Below, in pieces: positions 1 to 6,330 of a DNA stretch of 6,796 bases. Below the pieces are notes generated by a model. That model was given only the letters and a program-made list of their open reading frames with translations, was not told where the DNA came from and searched no databases. Source of the stretch: Octopus sinensis (taxonomy: Eukaryota); the NCBI RefSeq assembly GCF_006345805.1, contig NW_021829231.1, positions 1 to 6,796 of the forward strand. Direction: 5' to 3'. A program made the position numbers and the translations under genes. The number at the start of each line of letters is the position of its first letter. Position 1 is the stretch's first letter.

Positions 1-100
1 TTACATCGACCCCAGTGTTTCACTGATATTTAACTTACCGATCCTGAAAGGATGAAAGGTGGAAGTCAACCTCGGCGGAATTTGAACTCAGAACATAAAG
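1..100 (-). mobile_element. SINE family B copy 1, body and 3' part (cut by the window start; interrupted at about 101-596 by a family A SINE)
   Basis: Aligns by eye with 1927-2024, 6148-6250 and 6565-6663 (ttacatcgaccccagtgtttcactg...gaaaggatgaaagg...ggaatttgaactcagaac). The minus strand carries a B-box-like GAGTTCAAATTCC. Confidence 0.9.
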
Positions 101-122
101 AAAAAAATAATAGGCGCGGGAG

Positions 123-176
123 TGGCTGCGTGGTTAGAAGCTTGCTTCCCAACCACATGGTTCCGTGTTCAGTCCC
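123..176 (+). promoter_or_regulatory. Internal RNA polymerase III type 2 promoter of the SINE (A box and B box)
   Basis: A box TGGCTGCGTGG at 123-133 (1 mismatch to TRGCNNARYGG). B box GTTCAGTCCC at 167-176 (1 mismatch to GTTCRANNC). Spacing is tRNA-like. Confidence 0.65.
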
Positions 177-274
177 ACTGCGTGACACCTTGCGCAAGTG
201 TCTTCTACAATAGTCTCGGGTCGACCAAAACCCTGTGAGTGGATTTGATAGACAGAAACTGAAGGTAGCTCATC

Positions 275-372
275 ATATATGTATATATATATATATATAC
301 TTATGTATATATATATATATGTGTGTGTGTGTGTATATAAATATATGTATATATCTATGTGCGTCTGTGTTT
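275..372. repeat. Compound (AT)n/(GT)n microsatellite inside SINE A
   Basis: Visible tatatata and gtgtgtgt tracts between the SINE head/CORE region and the 3' half. Confidence 0.95.
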
Positions 373-596
373 GTCCATCCCCCCCCCACCATCGCTTGAC
401 AACCGATATTGGTCTATTTACGTCTCCGCAACTTAGCGGTTCAGCAATAAAACCGATAGAATAAGTACTAGGCTTACAAAGAATAAGTCCTGGGGTCGAT
501 TTGTTCGACTTAATGCGGTGCTCCAGTATGGCCGCAGCCAAATGAGTGAAACAAGTAAAAGGAGAAAAGTAAAGAAAGAACAAAAAAAAAACATTT

Positions 597-652
597 AAAT
601 GCCGCTAAGAATTTTTTGTTCGACGCGCTAATGATTGCGCCAGCCTCGCCTT
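597..652 (-). mobile_element. SINE family B copy 1, 5' head (continuation of 1-100)
   Basis: aaatgccgctaagaatttt...gcgctaatgattgcgccagcctcgcc matches aaatgccgctaagcatttcgaccggcgggctaaggattctgccagctcactgcc at 6260-6313. Confidence 0.85.
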
Positions 653-1062
653 ATTCAAACAACAACGATAATGACAACAGATATTTAAGCATAACAACAA
701 ACAAACAAACCTAACAACGAGAAGAAGCGTTGATAACCGATCCTGCTTTCGTCCAGTAACAAAATATCATTGGCTGAATAGAAACGGATCGATCACATGA
801 CTAATAGGTTAAAACTGCAACCATCCACACACACACCCCATCCCGCACACACCTCACACCTCTACACTCCCACACAAAGCACTAAAGAAATTGTTATGTC
901 CTCGTTTATTTACACGGATCGTCGGTGTGGGGGGCGTGGGTGGAGAAGGGGTTGGTCGTTATCTGATTTGGAGTTTTTTTTTTGCTTTTTGCATGTTTTT
1001 TTGTTTGTCGTAGTTTTGCTCTTTTTTCGTTTTGTCATTGAACTTTAACCACGTGATTACAT

Positions 1063-1088
1063 TTTATTTATTTATTTATTTATTTATT
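1063..1088. repeat. (TTTA)n microsatellite
   Basis: About 6 contiguous TTTA units. Confidence 0.95.
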
Positions 1089-1112
1089 CAGTTTGTTAAA
1101 TTATTTAGTCAC

Positions 1113-1297
1113 TGTCTATCCGTTAGACTGTCTGCCTGTCTGTCTGTTTGTCAGTCTGTCCGTCAGTTTGTCCGTCAGTCTGTCTATCAGTCAGTCTCTA
1201 TCTGTATCTTTGACTGTCTGCCTGCGTGCCTGTTTGTCTGTCAGGTTGTCTGTCTGTTTGTCTACCTGTCCGTCTGCCTGTTTGTCAGTTTGTCTCT
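1113..1297. repeat. Degenerate (TGTC)n tetranucleotide tract
   Basis: Repeated tgtc/cgtc/agtc/tgcc/tgtt units. This explains the SVCL-type ORFs. Confidence 0.9.
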
Positions 1298-1322
1298 CAT
1301 TGTAACATACATCATTTATAAA

Positions 1323-1401
1323 GTAGTAGCTGTAGTAGTTGTCGTAGTAGTAGTAGTCGTAGTAGTAGTAGTAGTTGTTGTAGTAGTAGCAGCAGCAGCA
1401 G
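1323..1401. repeat. (GTA)n trinucleotide repeat grading into (GCA)n
   Basis: gtagtagtagtc...gtagcagcagcagca. This explains the poly-V and poly-A ORF tail. Confidence 0.95.
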
Positions 1402-1882
1402 ATTAATGGACAAAGGAATTACAGAGAAGTGCAGAAAAGATAAATGTACCCTGATCTCTGTTCTGTTATTACCAGGGTAACGTTAGGAGTGAGGGCTGTC
1501 GACACGGGCTCCAGCGAATTGGTTGAATAAATGAATACAGCGATCCTCAAGATTGAGGGTCGGCGGGGGCCTCAGAACAACCTCCACTCTTCGTTACAAA
1601 CAAGTCTCTTGCTCTACAACCATACATCCCACCAGGATCAGGCCCGTCCAGCCATTGTTCGCGATCCCATTTTTTTTTCAACCACCCAATGATACGAGCA
1701 TACGTGGTCAAAATATAGTATTTTTTTTTTTTGGGGGGGGGGGTTACTGCCTGACCTATCGTCGCTAAAACTTTCGTTTTGTTCCCATCTCCGTCAAGAC
1801 GGAATAGCTTATGTTACGGGTTGCCTGTAGCATCATCTCGAACTCCATCAGTTTTTGTCAGGTTTGTAAGGCGTGGTCATAA

Positions 1883-2049
1883 TCCTTTCTACAAGGCCTT
1901 GAAATTTTGGGAAAAGGGATGAATCGATTACATCAACTCCAGTGTTTCACTGGTACTTAATTTATCGACCACGAAAGGATGAAAGCCAAAATCGACCTCG
2001 GTGGAATTTGAACTCAAAACGTAGAGACGGACGAAATATCGCTGCTAAG
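1883..2049 (-). mobile_element. SINE family B copy 2 (extreme 5' head missing)
   Basis: tcctttctacaaggccttgaaattttgg...tcgattacatcaactccagtgtttcactggtacttaatttatcgacc...ggaatttgaactcaaaacgtagagacggacgaaata matches the other B copies. Confidence 0.9.
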
Positions 2050-2248
2050 TATACTACAAATCAAAATGGAGAAATTCCGGAATTCTAGGACCATTAAGGA
2101 AGGAATATGTCACGGGACTCTGAGAAAAAATGCTCCATGTGGTGTAAATTATCACTTCTCAAACAGTTTTTACCTATGGATCCCTTTCATTTCTATTATA
2201 CTCGGATTAATCCACATAGCCATTCGATGTTTTACAAAAATCATATAT

Positions 2249-2370
2249 TCTTTTATAAGTTTCAGTCGTTTGACTGCGGCCATACTGGAGCACCACCTTT
2301 AGTCGAGTACATCGACCCTAGGACATACTTTTTGTCAAGCGATGTTGGGGGTACAAGCACAAACATACAC
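2249..2370 (-). mobile_element. SINE family A 3' half with an internal deletion of about 77 nt
   Basis: Reverse complement matches 2666-2685 exactly (20/20) and about 2764-2850 closely. The middle block present at 403-479 in the full copy is absent. Confidence 0.9.
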
Positions 2371-2386
2371 ACTAACATACATACAC

Positions 2387-2450
2387 ACATACATACATAC
2401 ATACATACATACATACATACATACATACATACATACATACATACATACAT
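2387..2450. repeat. Perfect (ACAT)16 microsatellite
   Basis: 64 bp of uninterrupted ACAT. Confidence 0.97.
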
Positions 2451-2500
2451 ACACATATACATATATGTGTGTGTGTTTGTTTATGTATTTGTTGCTGCTG

Positions 2501-2665
2501 TTTTTGTTGTTCTTCCTCTTCTTCCTTTCCTTCTTCTTCCTTTTCTTCTTGTTCTCCTCCTTCTCCTTCTCTTCCTCCTCCTCCACCACCTTTTTCTTCT
2601 TCACTTCTTCAATTTCTTCTTATCCTCCTCCTCCTCCTCTCCTTCTTCTTCTTCTTTCTTCTTCT
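2501..2665. repeat. Polypyrimidine (CTT/CCT)n low-complexity tract
   Basis: Almost only C and T on the + strand, with triplet periodicity. Confidence 0.95.
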
Positions 2666-2858
2666 CCCCCAACATCGCTTGACAATCGATGCTGGTGTGT
2701 TTACGTCCCCGTAACTTAGTGGTTCGGCAAAAGCGACCGATAGAATAAGTACTAGGTTTACAAAGAATAAGTCCCGGGGGTCGATTTGCTTGCTCGACTA
2801 AAGGCTGTGCTCCAACATGGCCGAAGTCGAATGACTGAAACAAATAAAAGAATAAAAG
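2666..2858 (+). mobile_element. SINE family A 3' half (head absent)
   Basis: Colinear with 380-562. Ends in tgactgaaacaaataaaagaataaaag. Confidence 0.92.
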
Positions 2859-2907
2859 TTGAAATTGGTTCGTTCTTTTGATTTAGAAACAAGCGAATAA
2901 TGTAAAG

Positions 2908-3061
2908 TTTTTACACTATTTACATTATTTACATTTGAGGGTATATCAGCCGAAACATTGTGTTAACAACAAACAAGATGAGGACAAATATCCGGCAAAT
3001 GTAAATAATGTAAATAGTGTAAATAATGTACATAATTCCTCATCTCTTAAATATAGAACTG
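2908..3061 (+). mobile_element. 154-bp non-autonomous insertion, probably a Penelope-like element terminal fragment with an inverted 5' arm
   Basis: Flanked by direct repeats AATGTAAAG (2899-2907 and 3062-3070). Perfect 28-bp inverted repeat at 2910-2937 and 2996-3023. Contains cagccGAAAcattgtgtt, resembling the 3' half of a minimal type I hammerhead. The Penelope assignment is from recall and inference. Confidence 0.65.
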
Positions 3062-3237
3062 AATGTAAAGCTTCTCTGTAAGACATTGCTTACAGTTACT
3101 ACTGTATTCGGGCAATTTCGAAATAGGCAATTCTCTCTGTTACCAAATGCACCACATAGAATCATGCTGTTCTTTCGGTCGAGAATCCGAAGAAAGCTGC
3201 AGTTCTGGTTTGCATTTACTATTCTTTCAGATAAATT

Positions 3238-3328
3238 CACACACACGCACATACATACCCACGCACACACTAACACGTACACAAACGCACATACATATGT
3301 ACACATATGCATATACATACATATGTGT
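3238..3328. repeat. Degenerate (CA)/(TA) microsatellite
   Basis: acacacgcacatacatacccacgcacacac...atatacatacatatgtgtg. Confidence 0.9.
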
Positions 3329-3439
3329 GGATGTGATGAGAGTGGGGAAGGTTTTTGATAGATATTTTGAACCAATATTTCTACAGGGAAATTGAAATAT
3401 GATAGCAGGCAGCTGTTGTGAACAAGTCAATACATGGGA

Positions 3440-3770
3440 TAGGTGGCGGTGGCAGTTGTGGCGGTGGTGGCATTGATAGCAGCGACGACGGTGGTGGTGT
3501 CGATGATATAAATGAGGGTGGTGGTGATGGACGTCTGCGGTAGGGATCGTAATACAAGTGGTGGTGGTGGTGGTGGTGATGTTGGTGCTAGTGCTGGTGT
3601 TGATGGTTGTGATTGTGATGATGGCGAGAATGGTGCTGATGGTGATGATTGTGGTTGTGGTGGGCATCGGTGGTGGTGATGATAAATAATGCTAGAAGGG
3701 GTGCTATGGGTGGAGATGGTGGTGGTGGTTGGTAGTGGTGGTGGTGTTAGTAGTGGTTTCAGCAGTAGTA
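3440..3770. repeat. Degenerate (GGT/GAT)n low-complexity tract
   Basis: Triplet-periodic ggtggtggt/gatggt runs. Confidence 0.9.
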
Positions 3771-4090
3771 ATGGAAGTGACAAGGTGAGATTGAAGTAGT
3801 AATACTAGGGCGGGGCGGAGGAGAGGCTCTCACGCTGTCTTACGTTTAGTAACCAATGTGTTGTATCAGTTGTAAATGAAGCACCGATCTCAGCAGAGCC
3901 ACCTCCTTCCCTTCTCCACTTCATCCTCCTCTCGATCCAGTAATCAATCAACGAGCACTTAAAGCTGGAGCAGGAGTGATGGGCACCACTCATACTAACA
4001 CCCATACGACAACACTTCTCATCTCCTTCTCACTGAACTCTCTCAAACTAGCCTGATAAATAACAAGATTTTAAGTGTCTAATCTAAATA

Positions 4091-4510
4091 CACCATCATC
4101 ACCATCGGCTCCATCTCCGCCACCACCACCACCACCACCGCCGCCGCCGCATTATGGTGTTCTGCAGGTATCTCTATCCTCACTACTGCCATCAGAACAG
4201 ACATCACCAACTCCAACATTACCACCACCACAACTATAGCCAACACCGCCATCACCATTACCACCACCATCACCATTACCACCACCATCACCATTACCAC
4301 CACCACCACCATCCCCACCGCCGTCGCCGCATTATCATGCCTTGCAGGCATCTCTATCCTCACTACCGCCATCAGGACATCATCAACTCCACCACTACCG
4401 CCACTCTTATCGCCAGCAACACTACCATCACCGTCGCCATCATCCTAACCAACACTCTTATCACCAACATCACCACACCCATCACCTACACCACCACCAC
4501 CATCACCAAC
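4091..4510. repeat. Degenerate (CAC/CAT)n tract containing a 180-bp-period duplication
   Basis: caccaccac runs. 4141-4200 versus 4321-4380 match at 50 of 60 positions by hand count. Confidence 0.9.
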
Positions 4511-4725
4511 ACAATGGAGAACTTTACACAGTCGCCTGAATTGCTAGAAGTAGTAGTCAAATATCTCAAAGCCCACAACCCGATTGACGTAGGGAAGAAA
4601 ACATTTGTTCATGCGGTCCTGTGATGTTCTCTGTACACAAAAACAACACGGGAGAGTCACAGCTGGAATTGTTTTTATCAAGGGTAAGCTCTATCAGGGC
4701 GGACTTGGAGTTAAAATGCAACAAT
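4511..4725 (+). mobile_element. Decayed 3' fragment of a third interspersed repeat (family C, probably a retroposon 3' end)
   Basis: Its start recurs at 4743-4812. It ends in atcagggcggacttggagttaaaatgcaacaa, which I recall as an abundant octopus repeat end with a (CAA)n tail. Not database-verified; strand is inferred from the tail. Confidence 0.5.
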
Positions 4726-4742
4726 CACATCACAACTGCGAC

Positions 4743-4812
4743 CCAATGGAAGAGTTTCTACACAGTCGCTTGAGAGTTTAGAAACAGAAGCTAAATTCTT
4801 TCGAAACATCTG
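4743..4812 (+). repeat. Second partial copy of the 4511 repeat
   Basis: caatgga and tacacagtcgc are shared (4512-4518 and 4525-4535 versus 4744-4750 and 4759-4769), followed by a similar tagaa..ag.ag. Confidence 0.7.
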
Positions 4813-4819
4813 AAAAAAA

Positions 4820-5110
4820 AGACACAGATTAACATAATCCTAATTATGTTATGGTTTATATTCTCTCTTTTCTACGGTCTTCCAGCTGATAAAAATTTAA
4901 GAATGAAGTCTTTTCTGTCAAGACATTCATTTTTTCCTTAACAATATGACGAAACAAGTATTTCGTTGAAATGATTTGGGCAACCATATCTCTCGAGTGT
5001 TTTCTAAAAGACGTATTTTGGACACTGTTGAAAGTTTTAGCCAGATTACAGAAGGTGAAAATGTTGTCGCCTTGTCCTTTATTGGGGAGGGTTTGCAACA
5101 AAAGCCGAAT
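4820..5110 (-). pseudogene. Decayed non-LTR retrotransposon reverse-transcriptase fragment, RTE-like
   Basis: Minus strand reads FTFCNLAKTFNSV, then after a 1-nt deletion *KTLERYGCPNHFNEIL. This matches the RTE pattern F.DL.KAFD.V......WK.L.(K/R)(F/Y)GCP..F..I with correct spacing. Similarity below about 4950 is weak. Confidence 0.7.
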
Positions 5111-5352
5111 AGATATATAGATATAGATATGTGTGTGTGTTGTGTCTTTGTGTCCATGCTCGTCCCCCACCACCGCTTGACAACCGGTGTTGATATGTGT
5201 ATGTCCCCGTAACTTAGCGGTTCAGCAAAAGAGTTTGGGAGAATAATTACCAGGATGTAAAAACATATGCAGTGAGTTCGATTCATTCGACAAAAAATTC
5301 TTCAAGGTGGTACCACAGCATGACCGCAGTTTAATGGCAGGAACAAGTAAAC
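5111..5352 (+). mobile_element. SINE family A 3' half, diverged variant subfamily
   Basis: cccccaccaccgcttgacaaccggtgttg...gtccccgtaacttagcggttcagcaaaa is colinear with 380-450. It has an extra aaattcttc before aaggtgg and ends in gaacaagtaaa. Confidence 0.88.
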
Positions 5353-5372
5353 GATTTTAAAATGTATGTTCT

Positions 5373-5373
<1 letters not shown>

Positions 5374-5405
<32 letters not shown>
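5374..5405. repeat. (AGAC)8 microsatellite
   Basis: 32 bp perfect repeat. Confidence 0.97.
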
Positions 5406-5470
5406 GGATGGATATATACATACATGTTTATATGTATATAGATGTGTGTATGTACAGAGAGCGAATAATG

Positions 5471-5520
5471 TTTCGTGAGTGGAGTTAGTCGATAGAAACT
5501 GAGATAACGCGTCGTATACC
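5471..5520 (+). mobile_element. Short decayed internal fragment of SINE family A
   Basis: gtgagtggagttagtcgatagaaactgaga resembles gtgagtggatttgatagacagaaactgaag (235-264) and is likewise followed by an AT/CA-rich microsatellite. Confidence 0.6.
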
Positions 5521-5742
5521 GATACTTACACGCATACGTACATACATACAAACGTACGTACACCCATGCTTACGTACATATAAATATCTATCGATATGTG
5601 TGTGGTGAGAGAGAGAGAGAGGGGGAGAGCGCGCATGTGTTCGCATTCATACATACGTACGTACATACATACATTCATACATACATATATACACACATAC
5701 ATACATATATACATACATACATACCTGTATACATACACACAC
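5521..5742. repeat. Compound (CATA)/(TA)/(GA) microsatellite region
   Basis: catacatac and gagagagag tracts. Confidence 0.9.
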
Positions 5743-5873
5743 CAACACTTTCTCACATAAACGTACTGTAAAAAACTGTAACAATGACTATTTCAAGCCA
5801 AAAGTCGGCGTTCCTCTGTACTCGATAAAGTGAAGATATTTTCGTTACCAACAACAGTTTCCAGGTGACTCAC

Positions 5874-5998
5874 ACCATCCGTCGCCTCTTCCTCCTTCTC
5901 TTCCTCCCCTTCCTTCTCACCATCATTGTCACTCTTGTCCTTCTCCAACTCTTCATCCTCTTCTACCTCTCTCTCTCTCGCTCCCTTTCTAGATTCTA
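5874..5998 (-). CDS. Candidate 125-nt internal coding exon, acidic and low-complexity (xESRKGAREREVEEDEELEKDKSDNDGEKEGEEEKEEEATDG); host gene unknown
   Basis: Acceptor ctctttataaatgttgtttcag| ends at 5999 and donor |GTGAGT lies at 5873-5868. The exon sits in a frame open from 6149 to the stop at 5795-5793, with varied E/D/K/G codons. It could equally be non-coding purine-rich DNA. Confidence 0.35.
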
Positions 5999-6114
5999 CT
6001 GAAACAACATTTATAAAGAGATCTGGAGCAGAATGAATATTGGCTGTCGCCAAATCATGTGGACAGGGTGTATCGTTAGGAAGCTCTCCTGGCAATCCCG
6101 TGGGTCCGCGATCG

Positions 6115-6313
6115 GTCCCAAACAGGTTTCGGAGACGGGGCTGAGTCGATTACAACCACCCCCTAGTGTTCAACTGGTACTTATTTTTCCTCACGACCGA
6201 AAAGATGAAAGGGAAAGTTGGTCACTAAGGAATTTGAACTCAGAATGTAAGGACGGACGAAATGCCGCTAAGCATTTCGACCGGCGGGCTAAGGATTCTG
6301 CCAGCTCACTGCC
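6115..6313 (-). mobile_element. SINE family B copy 3, head intact
   Basis: Minus strand begins ggcagtgagcTGGCAGAATCCTTAG (A-box-like) and contains GAGTTCAAATTCC (B-box-like). The body is colinear with the other B copies. The 3' boundary is approximate. Confidence 0.88.
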
Positions 6314-6330
6314 TTGCAATTAGTAAAAAT

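Larger units (their letters stand above)
113..570 (+). mobile_element. Full-length tRNA-derived SINE, family A (CORE-type, resembling the octopus OR-type SINEs)
   Basis: tRNA-like head with A and B boxes. Segment accttgcgcaagtg (187-200) resembles the MIR CORE motif accttgggcaagt. Internal AT/GT microsatellite. The 3' half matches 2666-2858 and 5131-5352. A-rich tail follows tgaaacaagtaaaa. The family name is from recall. Confidence 0.9.

Noticed and set aside
113-190. Possible tRNA gene
   Set aside because: It is the head of a SINE, continuing into CORE-like and tail sequence, and I could not build a canonical cloverleaf.
655-1040. Compositional mirror (AAC-rich, CA-rich | GT-rich, T-rich) and a G-rich patch at 925-955
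   Set aside because: I found no specific base-level inverted alignment, and only three separate G3+ runs, so there is no canonical quadruplex.
1721-1743. T12-G11 homopolymer junction
   Set aside because: It is a simple homopolymer, prone to slippage and sequencing error, with no functional evidence.
2073-2084. 12-bp perfect palindrome AATTCCGGAATT
   Set aside because: One or two are expected by chance in 6.8 kb.
134-2843. The many 60-190 aa ORFs with YI, VC, SVCL, poly-V, poly-E/K or HTYI runs
   Set aside because: They are translations of microsatellites and SINE bodies, which lack stop codons in some frames.
2996-3030. Short TAAATAATG array or regularly spaced repeats suggesting CRISPR
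   Set aside because: There are no unique spacers and no cas genes, and the context is eukaryotic repeats.
3203-3230. Strong-looking plus-strand splice acceptor ttctggtttgcatttactattctttcag
   Set aside because: It leads straight into a microsatellite, with no plausible exon or donor.
3071-3237. Minus-strand peptide SERIVNANQNCSF...SMIL...ENC faintly resembling the RTE RT region (QCGFR...DMI...EKC)
   Set aside because: Every inter-motif spacing is off by one and identities are few. It cannot be supported without a profile search.
3805-4005. Minus-strand ORF with YWIERRMKWRRE, resembling homeodomain helix 3 (WFQNRRMKWKK)
   Set aside because: Spacing is one residue short, the invariant F49 and N51 are absent, there is no upstream helix similarity, and it derives from a purine-rich tract.
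4830-4966. Three small hairpins (4830-4851, 4902-4931, 4949-4966)
   Set aside because: The stems are short and AT-rich and lie within the decayed LINE fragment; chance is sufficient.
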